Of a DNA stretch of 64,000 nucleotides, positions 1 to 9,858 are shown piece after piece. The position numbers and the translations under genes were made by a program. Source of the DNA: an uncultured Candidatus Saccharibacteria bacterium (GTDB lineage Bacteria; Patescibacteriota; Minisyncoccia; Phycocordibacterales; UBA9973); assembly GCA_964482735.1 (NCBI GenBank), contig CAYZYV010000004.1, forward strand, positions 65,737 through 129,736, in the 5' to 3' direction. The number at the start of each line of letters is the position of its first letter. Positions within the stretch are counted from its first letter, which is position 1. The notes below the pieces were generated by a model. The model was not told where the DNA came from. It did no database searches and was given only the letters and a program-made list of their open reading frames with translations.

Positions 1-417
1 AATAAAGTTGCCAAAGAGCTTCTTTTAAAAGTTGCAAAAATAAAAACCGACAAGGCTAGAATTATAGCTATGTCAGGAGACTTAGGTGCAGGCAAAACTA
101 CCTTAACACAAGAAATATCAAGAGAACTAGGAATAAAAGAATCAGTTGTTTCTCCAACTTTCGTAATCATGAAGATATATAAAACTAATCCGAAAGATAA
201 TGCTTTGAAGAGTATAAAAAGGCTTGTCCACATAGATGCGTATCGTTTAGATGGATCAAAAGAATTAGAAAAGATAGGTTGGAAAAAGTTTTCTGAAGAT
301 AAAGAAAACCTAATTATTGTAGAGTGGCCAGAAAACGTAAAAGATAGCTTAAACAAAAAAACTCACTACATTTTCTTAAGGCACGTAGATGAAGAAACTC
401 GAATTTTTGAGTATTAA
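1..417 (+). CDS. tsaE: tRNA threonylcarbamoyladenosine biosynthesis ATPase TsaE (5' end outside window)
   Basis: GDLGAGKT P-loop, SPTF, HIDAYRL and VEWPE motifs; frame open from base 1. Confidence 0.93.
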   Translation, partial: NKVAKELLLKVAKIKTDKARIIAMSGDLGAGKTTLTQEISRELGIKESVVSPTFVIMKIYKTNPKDNALKSIKRLVHIDAYRLDGSKELEKIGWKKFSEDKENLIIVEWPENVKDSLNKKTHYIFLRHVDEETRIFEY

Positions 418-462
418 AATATGGAATTTGGGAAAATTCTGTTTATGATATAATTATCATAT

Positions 463-2877
463 ATGCCTAAAGTTAGCCCCAAAAAAGATAAGAAAAAGAT
501 AGTTTTACTTGATTCTCATGCAATAATTCATCGAGCTTATCATGCGTTGCCAGATTTCAATAATTCACAGGGGGAGCCAACAGGTGCAATCTATGGTTTG
601 GCTACGATGCTATTTAAAATAATTACAGAGTTAAAACCTAACTATGTAATTGCCTGTTTTGATTTACCCAAAAAAACTTTTCGACACGAAGCATATGATA
701 ACTACAAAGCTGGTCGTGCAAAAGCAGATGATGCTTTGGTTCATCAACTTTCTCGAGCTAGAGATCTGTTCAAAGCACTTTCTATTCCTATGTACGAGCA
801 AGAAGGTTTTGAAGCCGATGACCTTTTAGGGACAATTACTGAGCAACTAAAAAATAAAAAAGAAGAGTATGAAATAATTATAGCGTCTGGGGATATGGAT
901 ACTCTTCAGCTAGTCAAAAAAGATTTTGTTTACGTTTATACTTTAAAAAAGGGGATAAACGATACTATCCTTTATGATGAATCCAAGGTTGTTGATAGAT
1001 TTAATTTTCCACCTTCCAGCTTGCCGGATTACAAAGGATTAAGAGGTGACCCATCTGACAACATTATTGGTATAAAAGGTATCGGAGAAAAAACAGCTAT
1101 AACTTTAGTATCTAAATATCTGACGATTGAGAATCTTTATAAGAATATTAAAAAAAACGAATCTTCTCTTAAGGAGATAGGTATAACAGAAAGGATTCTA
1201 AATCTCTTAAAAGAAGGTGAAGACGAGGCTGTCTTTTCAAAAACTCTGGCCACTATTAGATTGGATGCACCTATTAAATTTGATGTTCCAAAAGAAGATT
1301 GGATTAAAGAAGTTGATAAAGAAAAAGTTGCGAATCTTTTTAGAGAATTAGAATTTAGAAGCCTGCAGAGTAGATTCCTAAAACTTTTTGACGGAGACGA
1401 TTCAAAAAAAGAAGACAAAAAAGAGGTGGCGGGTAGCAAAGATGAAATAGAAAAAGCAAAAATTGCTTTTTGGCTTTTAAATTCAGAAAGAACAAATCCC
1501 GACATTGATGAAATAGAACATTATAATGGAAGCCGTGATTTCAAAGAAGCTTTTTCTCGATTAGAAGAAGATATCAAAAAAGAAAAATTAGAGTTTGTTT
1601 ACAAAAACATAGAGGTTCCCATTATTCCAATAATTGACAAGATGGAGAAAAACGGAGTCCTGGTTGATCTCAAATACTTTACTAAAATTAGTGAAGAATA
1701 TCACAAAGATTTAAGCGAAATAGAAAATAAGATTTTTGAACTTGCTGGACAAGAATTTAACATCAACTCACCAAAACAAATAGGAGAAGTAATTTTTGGA
1801 AAACTTGGAATTTCTACTAAAGGTATCAAAAAAAGCGCAGGTGGTTCAATCTCTACAAGAGAAAGTGAACTTGAAAAATTGGCAGATACTCACCCTGTAA
1901 TTAAAGAAATTTTGAAATATCGAGAATTACAAAAATTATTATCAACCTACATAGATACGATACCTCTTTTAGTAGGGCAGGATGGACGATTGCACGCTAG
2001 TTTTGTACAGACTGGTACGACAACCGGCCGGTTTGCTTCAAATAATCCAAATCTTCAGAATATACCAACGAGATCAGAGAGGGGGAGAAATATCCGTAAT
2101 GCATTTATCGCAAAGAATGGTTACTCCCTAATTTCTTTTGACTATTCACAAGTTGAATTAAGGATAGCTGCACTTTTATCACAAGATTCTTACTTTATAA
2201 AATCATTCAAAGAAGGGAAGGATATTCACCAGGCTGTAGCCATGAAGGTTTTTGGAGTAGACGAAAAAGGATTAACAAAAGAGATGAGAAGGCGAGCAAA
2301 AATAATTAATTTTGGAATTTTATACGGTATGGGTGTTAATGCTCTCAAACAAAATCTTTCAACTGAAGATCCAGAGACTGGTCAAAAAATAGAAGTTGGA
2401 AGACAAGAGGCTCAAGATTTTTATGATAATTATTTTGCTCAATTTCCAAAAATTGGATCATACCTAGAGAGCATAAAAGACTTTGCAAAAAAATATGGAT
2501 ACACGGTAACCTTATTTGGTAGAAAAAGATATTTTTCAACTATAAAATCACCAATTCCGTTTATTAGAGCAATGGCAGAAAGGATGGCAGTTAATGCTCC
2601 GATTCAGGGGACAGCAACTGCTGATATTATAAAAATTGGTATGCAAAAAGCCGAAGAAGCACTCCTAAAAAATAAACTACTAGATAAAGCGAATATAATT
2701 TTACAGGTTCACGATGAATTAATTTATGAAGTAAAGGATGAATATTGTGAGGAAGTATCCAGAGTTATAAAGAACGCTCTAGAAGATATTATTCCCTCAT
2801 CTTTTTTGGATGGTAGGGAGGATGTTCCGCTTGTGGTATCTGTCTCAATTGGCAAAAAATGGGGGGACCTAAAGTAG
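463..2877 (+). CDS. polA: DNA polymerase I (5'-3' exonuclease plus family A polymerase; proofreading domain reduced)
   Basis: EADD, GDPSDNI, DYSQVELR, AKIINFGILYG and QVHDEL motifs. Confidence 0.97.
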   Translation: MPKVSPKKDKKKIVLLDSHAIIHRAYHALPDFNNSQGEPTGAIYGLATMLFKIITELKPNYVIACFDLPKKTFRHEAYDNYKAGRAKADDALVHQLSRARDLFKALSIPMYEQEGFEADDLLGTITEQLKNKKEEYEIIIASGDMDTLQLVKKDFVYVYTLKKGINDTILYDESKVVDRFNFPPSSLPDYKGLRGDPSDNIIGIKGIGEKTAITLVSKYLTIENLYKNIKKNESSLKEIGITERILNLLKEGEDEAVFSKTLATIRLDAPIKFDVPKEDWIKEVDKEKVANLFRELEFRSLQSRFLKLFDGDDSKKEDKKEVAGSKDEIEKAKIAFWLLNSERTNPDIDEIEHYNGSRDFKEAFSRLEEDIKKEKLEFVYKNIEVPIIPIIDKMEKNGVLVDLKYFTKISEEYHKDLSEIENKIFELAGQEFNINSPKQIGEVIFGKLGISTKGIKKSAGGSISTRESELEKLADTHPVIKEILKYRELQKLLSTYIDTIPLLVGQDGRLHASFVQTGTTTGRFASNNPNLQNIPTRSERGRNIRNAFIAKNGYSLISFDYSQVELRIAALLSQDSYFIKSFKEGKDIHQAVAMKVFGVDEKGLTKEMRRRAKIINFGILYGMGVNALKQNLSTEDPETGQKIEVGRQEAQDFYDNYFAQFPKIGSYLESIKDFAKKYGYTVTLFGRKRYFSTIKSPIPFIRAMAERMAVNAPIQGTATADIIKIGMQKAEEALLKNKLLDKANIILQVHDELIYEVKDEYCEEVSRVIKNALEDIIPSSFLDGREDVPLVVSVSIGKKWGDLK

Positions 2878-2916
2878 TGGTATTTTTTTCACAAGGTGGT
2901 ATCATTTATTGTAGTT

Positions 2917-3411
2917 ATGGAAAAGACGTTAAAAGAAAAAACTGAAAATAGCACAAGTAGTAAAGAGGTTGTTCACACAATGCTTATATATGTGTATGTG
3001 ATTTTCTTTATTTCGATAGTTTTAGGAGTTTTGTTCGATTTAATTTTTAAACTAAATCTTTTGGCTGATTTTGAGTACTCACATTTTGGTTTTATTTTGA
3101 TCATATTTGGAACCCTTTTAATTTTCTTGGCTCAACAGGCATCTTCTAGGGCCAGTAAAATATCAAAGGAAAAAGAAAGCCTTGAAGGATTTATGTATGG
3201 ACCATACAAACACTTCAGACATCCAACTTATCTAGGAGTATTCTTTATGGTTTTAGGTTTTGGAATTGCAATAAAATCTATCTTCTCTATTTTGTTCATA
3301 ATGATCACTTATCTTATTGTGAAGCTAACTTTTGTAAGAAGAGAAGAAAATATTCTAGAGAAAAAATACGGAAAAATTTATTTAGACTATAAAAATAGGG
3401 TTAGGATGTAA
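2917..3411 (+). CDS. Isoprenylcysteine carboxyl methyltransferase (ICMT/PEMT) family membrane protein
   Basis: GPYKHFRHPTY and EE..L...YG..Y..Y motifs; hydrophobic helices. Confidence 0.8.
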   Translation: MEKTLKEKTENSTSSKEVVHTMLIYVYVIFFISIVLGVLFDLIFKLNLLADFEYSHFGFILIIFGTLLIFLAQQASSRASKISKEKESLEGFMYGPYKHFRHPTYLGVFFMVLGFGIAIKSIFSILFIMITYLIVKLTFVRREENILEKKYGKIYLDYKNRVRM

Positions 3412-3412
3412 T

Positions 3413-4066
3413 ATGATTTACCTTGTTTATGGTAATGATAATAAAAAAAAGAATGCCTTTGTCAAAAAAGTGTCAAAGGTTTTTTCTGTGGTTATCTTAG
3501 AGTCAGAAGATCTTGATAAAGAAAGCATTCTTTCCTATACATCAGCAAACAGTCTATTTGGTGAAAAAACCGCTGTAATTATAGAGGGGCTAACTAAAAC
3601 TAATATAGAATTTAAAAACAATGAATTAGACATGCTTTCTAAGTCTAGCAATGCTTTTATTTTAATTGAAGACAAACTCTTAGCGCCAGAAGTTAGTAAG
3701 TTTAAAAAGTTTGCAACCATAGAAGTATTCAACGAAGAGAAAGCCACCAGTAAGAGTGATTCAAAAGAAAATTTTGCAATAGCAGAAAGTTTTGGTTCCA
3801 GAAATAAATTTAAGACATGGTTGATATACAAAGACCTAATTTCAAAAAATACTACACCAGAAGAAATCAGCGGAATACTCTTTTGGAAAATAAAAATGTT
3901 AATGACTTATCAAAATAAAAATTTTACAAAAGAAGAACTAAAAAAGATTTCAAGCAACCTCGTTTCTTTATATCATGACGCCCATCTAGGGAAGAGGGAC
4001 TTTTCTATTGGTTTAGAGCAGTTTATACTATCGTCTCTTAATAAAAACCAAAAAGAAAAGGCCTAG
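3413..4066 (+). CDS. Probable DNA polymerase III delta subunit-like protein
   Basis: MIYLVYG start, SLFG motif and helical C-terminus resembling shortened HolA. Confidence 0.6.
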   Translation: MIYLVYGNDNKKKNAFVKKVSKVFSVVILESEDLDKESILSYTSANSLFGEKTAVIIEGLTKTNIEFKNNELDMLSKSSNAFILIEDKLLAPEVSKFKKFATIEVFNEEKATSKSDSKENFAIAESFGSRNKFKTWLIYKDLISKNTTPEEISGILFWKIKMLMTYQNKNFTKEELKKISSNLVSLYHDAHLGKRDFSIGLEQFILSSLNKNQKEKA

Positions 4067-4465
4067 GAGTCAGCCCTCAATTCTTTGAGAAATGGCTCCT
4101 AAGCCTTTGCTTAATTTTTTAATGAAAGAACATGTCCTTAATCGGACAAAATATATAATGTACTGTTTGTTTGTGTTTAAATCTTCTCGATTTGTTTTTT
4201 GTGAACCCTATTATCGTCGGGTGAACGTTCTTGAAGATTTTTATTACAAATTACTCTTAAATATATTATAACATTATTAATATTTTAGTGCAACTAAATT
4301 ATTGGGACAAAAAGAATATATGCCCAAAGTTGTTGATTTTTGTTGCAGATTATGGTAATTTATAAGGGTTAATTCGTTAACAGAAAACATCCGCCCGTAG
4401 CTGTTTTGGTAGGTCTAAAGCTTCTACTGGTCACAGTGTTAGTTTTTGAAATAATGTTTATATAT

Positions 4466-4538
4466 CCGCCCGTAGCTCAGATGGTAGAGCAGCTCCCTTT
4501 TAAGGAGATGGTCGTAGGTTCGATTCCTACCGGGCGGA
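4466..4538 (+). tRNA. tRNA-Lys(TTT)
   Basis: Cloverleaf: CCGCCCG/CGGGCGG acceptor, CTTTTAA anticodon loop, GGTTCGATTCC T-arm. Confidence 0.95.
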
Positions 4539-4575
4539 CTACATAAAAAAACACCTTTAGTGGGTGTTTTTTTAT

Positions 4576-4738
4576 GTGGTCCGCCCGAGCAAGCAAACTG
4601 TTTTGCTTGCGTGTAGGAATCGAACGGCGGAGTCATATTTTTTCACCAGAGAAAATAGACGAGCGGGTGACCAGACAAAACTTTTTGACGAAAAAGTTTT
4701 AGTCGAGGTCGATAAGCGTACTCGCGGTCCTACCGGGC
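4576..4738. repeat. tRNA-associated hairpin repeat element (copy 1) with an inverted copy of the tRNA-Lys 3' end
   Basis: About 68 bp at 4668-4735 is near-identical in reverse complement to 13083-13150. Confidence 0.85.
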
Positions 4739-4828
4739 TATTATCTCAAAAAACAGTGATCTTTAGGATAATTCTAGTTTGAGCAAGCAAATTTAAAAAA
4801 GGATAAATATAAATTATATTTATCCTTT

Positions 4829-5275
4829 TTACCACACAACACGTCCTGAAGCTTTCCCTTTGCTTCTTGTCTCAATTTCTTTCACTGTCTGAAGCCCAAG
4901 AGGAATAAGTTTAAACCCATTTAAACCCCTTGTCTTTTTATTATCGAAATCAATTATTGAATAATCGGTTCCTTTATATTTAAAAACATAACAGTTTACA
5001 GAGTCTGAGACGTTATCCTTAAAGGCATCAGCGACAATATTGGACACTTTTTTAACATGAGAGCTTTCTTCCCCATATATAACTATGGAATAGTAGCCCT
5101 TATCTCCTTCAATCCAGAATCTTATAGTGGATAATTTTTCTTTCTTGAAAGAAATTTTTCCTGCTATAAACACATCCTTGTTTGAGGGATCTACTTTGTC
5201 TCTTTTTCCCCAGGGAGAGAACCCTGTTAATATTAATTCTCCAAGAATCAACATTAAAAAAATTTTTTTACTCAC
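4829..5275 (-). CDS. Hypothetical exported protein
   Basis: 148-aa ORF with N-terminal hydrophobic segment. Confidence 0.55.
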   Translation of the reverse strand: MSKKIFLMLILGELILTGFSPWGKRDKVDPSNKDVFIAGKISFKKEKLSTIRFWIEGDKGYYSIVIYGEESSHVKKVSNIVADAFKDNVSDSVNCYVFKYKGTDYSIIDFDNKKTRGLNGFKLIPLGLQTVKEIETRSKGKASGRVVW

Positions 5276-5367
5276 ACCTTTTCTTTTTTAAAAGTATAAT
5301 CATTTTTAGATGTGTTGTCAAAATTGTCTTTATTTATAAGCATTATTATGTGTGGTATAATCTAAAA

Positions 5368-5865
5368 ATGACAAAACTAATTATATTAATAGTGGTTATA
5401 CTTGTAGGGTACTGGTTAGTAACTAAGTATTTGAATAAAAACAAGTTAGAGGTTAAAAAAGAATTACCATACGAAAAGAAACCATATCTTTTTGATGCAA
5501 ATTCTGAGTTTAGTTTATACAAAGTATTAGTCGAATTATACGGTGATAAGTATTATATATTTCCTCAAATAAATTATAGCCACCTTATACAACTCAAAAA
5601 ATCTAATTTTGAAGAAGAAAGGAGATATAGAAGTAAGATAGACAGAAAATCCGCTGATTTTGTATTTTGCGACAAAGACAAAATAATTCCACAACTAATA
5701 ATTGAACTAGATGGTTATGTCCATAATTTCAAAAGCAAACAAGCGAGAGACCAATTCATAGATGAAATAACTGGAATAGCAGATTTACCAATATTACACC
5801 TAAAAGCAAGTAACCTAGATAAGGAGTTTATAAAAAAAGAAATTGATACCAAATTAATAAAATAA
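5368..5865 (+). CDS. DUF2726-like (restriction endonuclease-like fold) membrane-anchored protein
   Basis: ADFVFCD...IIELDG..H...RD motif; start placed at the ATG 6 nt after TATAAT. Confidence 0.8.
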   Translation: MTKLIILIVVILVGYWLVTKYLNKNKLEVKKELPYEKKPYLFDANSEFSLYKVLVELYGDKYYIFPQINYSHLIQLKKSNFEEERRYRSKIDRKSADFVFCDKDKIIPQLIIELDGYVHNFKSKQARDQFIDEITGIADLPILHLKASNLDKEFIKKEIDTKLIK

Positions 5866-5951
5866 ATAAAAATTTTAAATAACTAAAGCGTCCACATTAT
5901 TAGATAAAAAATAACACCAGGCATTTTGCCTGGTGCTTACTTTATTAAATT

Positions 5952-6569
5952 TCAAGAAAATGTTTTCTTAACTTTTTCCCAAGAAGAACAAATATCATAA
6001 CCGAACCCCTCGCCTTTGTGCGCGTGGTAGGGGTCGAAAAGAACTGGGTAGATGATTGACATCTTTAGGGCGCTTTTAATTTCAGCTAAAGAATCATCAA
6101 GAAATCCTATGTTAGTCCCTTCTTGTCTCTTCATAAAAGATGTTTTGGAATCTTCCACGAAATGATTGTTTCCCCATTTCCAGACACAATGAATATCTTG
6201 GAAACACTCAAGAACGTTATTGAATTTTAATATATTCTTAAGATTCTCTTTTTCTTCCTCTTGTCTTGAAGTTACAATATACAAGTTGTATATTTCAGAC
6301 AATCTTTCTATCGCATCTTTTGCGCCTGGATAAAAGATAAAATCTTTTATCCCAAAATTGGGAAAAAAGTTTTTACCGAAGTCTAAGTAGACTTCGTTGT
6401 ATCCAACAGTAACCCCCTTATCTAAAATGGTTTTGTTGAAACCATTATTGTCTGTGAGGTCTTTTGTTTCAACGGGAACATTGTATTTATTGCTCAGGTA
6501 CTGAGCAACTAAATGTTTTGTGGGAACAATCGTGTCGTCAAAATCCACGAAGAAAGAATACCTTTTCAT
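5952..6569 (-). CDS. HAD-superfamily hydrolase, 5'(3')-deoxyribonucleotidase-like
   Basis: DFDDT motif I, IVTSR motif II, LDD motif IV. Confidence 0.75.
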   Translation of the reverse strand: MKRYSFFVDFDDTIVPTKHLVAQYLSNKYNVPVETKDLTDNNGFNKTILDKGVTVGYNEVYLDFGKNFFPNFGIKDFIFYPGAKDAIERLSEIYNLYIVTSRQEEEKENLKNILKFNNVLECFQDIHCVWKWGNNHFVEDSKTSFMKRQEGTNIGFLDDSLAEIKSALKMSIIYPVLFDPYHAHKGEGFGYDICSSWEKVKKTFS

Positions 6570-6671
6570 TGTTAATATTTTAAGTTTTTAACAATTTACC
6601 ACTATTGGACGGCTATGTCAACAAAATTGCAAAAAATGAATTTTTTGTGATTTTATATTATAATTAAAAAC

Positions 6672-7238
6672 ATGAAACTTAAACACACAAGGGCTTATTT
6701 TAAAGAAAATGTTTTGAAAGGAAGAATAGACCACCTTATAGAGCATCGTATTCCATGGCTCGTCCTAGGGCTTCTAGGGGGTATAATTTCAACTGTTATC
6801 ATCTCAAACTATGAAGAGATACTATCCTCAGACATTAGAATAGCGTTTTTTATCACCGTGATTGTCTATTTAAGTGACGCTGTTGGTTCTCAGACAGAAT
6901 CTGTCTACGTCAGAGCTTTAGCCGGTGGTAAAAAAATAGACATTAAAAAATATCTTTTTAGAGAGAGCTTGATTGGTTCAGGACTTGGAATCCTTTCTGG
7001 TCTTGCTATGTTTGTTTTTGTTTTGTTTTGGATGAAGTCTCTTACCATCGCCACGACAGTTGGTTTAACAATGCTCATAAATCTTTCTATTGCTCCCGTC
7101 CTTGCTATTCTTATACCTAGCTTGATAAACAAAGAAAACATGGATCCCGCACTGGGGGCAGGCCCAATCTCAACTATTATTCAAGATATGATTAGTATTC
7201 TTGTTTACTTTTTAATCGCAAGCGTTATTGTTTTTTAG
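6672..7238 (+). CDS. MgtE-type magnesium transporter, membrane domain only
   Basis: RIPWL, GSQT and DPALGAGP..T.IQD motifs. Confidence 0.85.
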   Translation: MKLKHTRAYFKENVLKGRIDHLIEHRIPWLVLGLLGGIISTVIISNYEEILSSDIRIAFFITVIVYLSDAVGSQTESVYVRALAGGKKIDIKKYLFRESLIGSGLGILSGLAMFVFVLFWMKSLTIATTVGLTMLINLSIAPVLAILIPSLINKENMDPALGAGPISTIIQDMISILVYFLIASVIVF

Positions 7239-7736
7239 ATGGAAAAAATATTAAATTCAAAAAAAATAAAAGAATCAGTTTTGGTTCTGCTTGATATTCG
7301 TTCAGCCATAAACGTTGGAGCTATTTTTCGTACCGCAGATGCGGTTGGAATAAATAAAATCTTTCTAGTCGGTGTTACACCTCGACCAACAGACCAATTT
7401 GGGAGAATTCAAAAAGATATTGCGAAAAGTGCTCTCGGAGCAGAAAATTTTGTTAGCTGGGAATACGAAAAAGACGCTGTCTCACTTATAAAAAAGTTAA
7501 GAAAAAATAATTACGAAATTGTTGCGCTAGAACAAGATAAAAATTCTGTTGATTATCGTAATGTTAAGGTTGCACCTAAAATGGCCTTCCTTTTAGGGCA
7601 AGAGGTGAGTGGAATAGATAAGGATATATTAAAGAGATGCAACCAAATAGCAGAGATTCCGATGTCTGGCAAAAAAGAATCTTTAAATGTTTCTGTGGCT
7701 TGTGGAGTTTTTCTTTTCAGGGTATTCCAACAGTAA
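7239..7736 (+). CDS. TrmH/SpoU family RNA methyltransferase
   Basis: NVGAIFRTADA, GQEVSG and IPMSGKKESLNVSVA motifs. Confidence 0.9.
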   Translation: MEKILNSKKIKESVLVLLDIRSAINVGAIFRTADAVGINKIFLVGVTPRPTDQFGRIQKDIAKSALGAENFVSWEYEKDAVSLIKKLRKNNYEIVALEQDKNSVDYRNVKVAPKMAFLLGQEVSGIDKDILKRCNQIAEIPMSGKKESLNVSVACGVFLFRVFQQ

Positions 7737-7907
7737 TTATTGGTTTTCACTGATAGGAATAAATAGTCTTTTGTCTATAACTTCTTCCTGTCCTCCTCCC
7801 AACAAAATCCAAACAGCAAACAAGATAACCAAAAAGATTAAAATCTGAGCCCCAAAACTTAGTTCTCCTCTTTGGTCTTTTATTATTTTTTTATAAAGGT
7901 TTTTCAT
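7737..7907 (-). CDS. Small membrane protein (56 aa, not in ORF track), Flp/prepilin-like leader
   Basis: MKNLYKKIIKDQRGELSFGAQILIFLVILFAVWILLGG...; starts right after the mutM stop. Confidence 0.55.
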   Translation of the reverse strand: MKNLYKKIIKDQRGELSFGAQILIFLVILFAVWILLGGGQEEVIDKRLFIPISENQ

Positions 7908-8843
7908 TTAGTTAAATAGTTTTTGGTGCTTATTACAAAAGTGAGCACTTCGACCATTAACGACCTTTCTTATTATACCACCATCGCAGTCTTTTTTCTT
8001 GCAAGTTGTTTTGTTGAGACGGTAGACATTGTGATGATGTTGAAAGCCACCTCTTTCTCCGTCGATATTCCGATAATCTGACATAGAATCACCGCCAAAA
8101 TTAATTCCTTTCTTAAGCACGATCTTCATGTTTTTATAAAGAAGCCCAAGTTCCTTATTCGGAATTTTAGAAACAATAGATTCTGGGTGAATACCTGATA
8201 GCCAAAGCATTTCATCTGAATATATATTTCCAATACCAACAATAACTGATTGATCCATCAGAACGGTTTTAATTTTGCCTCTTGGCTTGAGATTGAGCCT
8301 GTCTTTGAAAAGTCCAAGGTCTGTTTTTTCTTCTAGAGGTTCTGGACCAATGTTTTTTAAGTGAATAGTATTCCCCATATTTTTAGTTTCAAAAAAAGTA
8401 ATTTTACCAAATTTTCTAGAATCACAGAATGCAAGATATTTACCGTTTGATAGGCAAAAAACAAAATGAATAAATCTGTTGTAAGGATCTATAAGAGGGG
8501 ATTTAGAATCTTTTGGTTCCCAAACAATCTTCCTCCCAACAATCTTTTTAATATATTTTCCATATAGTAAATGCCCGGTCATTTTTAAATGAATAAGAAT
8601 AGTATATCCACCCGAAACATTTATTAAAATGTTTTTTGCCCTTCTCTCTACCGATAAAACCTTCTTCCCGACAATCTTCTTCCTGAATTCTTTAAAAAAA
8701 TTCTCGTCTTTAATGGTGCCTTGAAAATGTTTAATTGGCTGGTTTTTCTTAGCTAGATCAGTCCAGACATCAGTAAAACGAAGCTCAAGTAAGACTTTCT
8801 TCAATCCATTTACTGTTGTTGTTACTTCAGGTAGCTCTGGCAT
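7908..8843 (-). CDS. mutM: Formamidopyrimidine-DNA glycosylase
   Basis: MPELPEV start at 8843; HLKMTG, GIGNIYSDE and C-terminal zinc finger. Confidence 0.95.
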   Translation of the reverse strand: MPELPEVTTTVNGLKKVLLELRFTDVWTDLAKKNQPIKHFQGTIKDENFFKEFRKKIVGKKVLSVERRAKNILINVSGGYTILIHLKMTGHLLYGKYIKKIVGRKIVWEPKDSKSPLIDPYNRFIHFVFCLSNGKYLAFCDSRKFGKITFFETKNMGNTIHLKNIGPEPLEEKTDLGLFKDRLNLKPRGKIKTVLMDQSVIVGIGNIYSDEMLWLSGIHPESIVSKIPNKELGLLYKNMKIVLKKGINFGGDSMSDYRNIDGERGGFQHHHNVYRLNKTTCKKKDCDGGIIRKVVNGRSAHFCNKHQKLFN

Positions 8844-8969
8844 GTATATAATATAAATATAGGTTATTAAAATTAAAAATAGCACTTCGCGTCCCGTAGT
8901 AAATTTTAAATGCATTCGATTTAAAATTTTACCTCTGGGGTTGTTGTTACTTCAGGTAGCTCTGGCATG
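8815..8969. mobile_element. Approx. 95-bp hairpin insertion flanked by a 30-bp direct duplication of the mutM start
   Basis: 8815-8844 equals 8940-8969; the insert core resembles 57060-57117. Confidence 0.75.
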
Positions 8970-9010
8970 GCTGATTTTTAAGGAACGAAGTGACTATAAA
9001 AATCGCCAAA

Positions 9011-9595
9011 TTACTTTCTTCCGCTACCTAGAATTTTTAGAGCCTCTTTAATACGAGCATTGGCTCCCTTTGTATCGCTTGGAATTTGTTTCAAAGCATC
9101 TCTAGCTTCATTTTGAGAATAGCCAAGAGATTTTAGCGCTTCTAGAATATCTTCTTCTTCCCTTATTTGACCATCAGAGAAACTATCGTCTTTGTATATT
9201 GCGAATTTGTCTTTAAGTTCCACAATAATTTTTTCTGCAGTTTTTCTTCCGATTCCAGAAACTTTATTAAGATAACTTGTGTCTCCTGTGGCTATTGCCC
9301 TTCTTAATATTTCTATAGGGGCTATTCCTAAAATTGCCAAAGCCGACTTGGGACCTATTCCGGAAACATCAAGCAATAATTCGTAGAAAGATAATTCGCT
9401 AGGATCTCTAAAACCATAAAGTTCAATTGCATTTTCTCGAACTGCCGTGTATGTCCAAAGAGATATTTCCTCATCTTTCTTTGAGATAGACAAAATGTCA
9501 GAAGTTGCAAAAACCTTGTAACCAACTCCGTTTACATCAACAACTAAAAATTTTTCTGATACATAATCTATGTTTCCTTTAAGTTTGGATATCAT
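9011..9595 (-). CDS. ruvA: Holliday junction branch migration protein RuvA
   Basis: NGVGY, LYGF, VSGIGPKSAL and ALKSLGY motifs. Confidence 0.96.
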   Translation of the reverse strand: MISKLKGNIDYVSEKFLVVDVNGVGYKVFATSDILSISKKDEEISLWTYTAVRENAIELYGFRDPSELSFYELLLDVSGIGPKSALAILGIAPIEILRRAIATGDTSYLNKVSGIGRKTAEKIIVELKDKFAIYKDDSFSDGQIREEEDILEALKSLGYSQNEARDALKQIPSDTKGANARIKEALKILGSGRK

Positions 9596-9732
9596 AAGTC
9601 TATTATACTAAAAATTTAGGTTTTTGCAGAGCCCTAACTTTTAACAGCCGATATTCTTCTTCTGTCCCTGAGATAAGGGAAGAGTAAGAAGAGAGAGTGC
9701 TGTGGTTTTATCTATATAAACAAGATTTTGCA

Positions 9733-9774
9733 ATTTACATATTTTGTAAGCTATCGCTTACAAAATATGTAAAT
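9733..9774. repeat. Palindrome with 19-bp stem and TATC loop, upstream of pilin P1
   Basis: ATTTACATATTTTGTAAGC-TATC-GCTTACAAAATATGTAAAT; related copy at 43602-43637. Confidence 0.8.
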
Positions 9775-9858
9775 GATTGCAATAACAGTTTTGGATAGGA
9801 ATTTTCTTTGATGAATACCAAAGGAGATTTCTGGACAAAAATATATTATAATAAAAAA

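Noticed and set aside
4439-4782. ORFs 4439-4636 and 4564-4782
   Set aside because: They overlap tRNA-Lys and the repeat element; the same applies to 29068-29271 over tRNA-Leu.
8844-8915. N-terminal extension of MutM in the ORF track
   Set aside because: Fpg needs Pro2 (MPELPEV at 8843); the extension reads through the inserted hairpin element.
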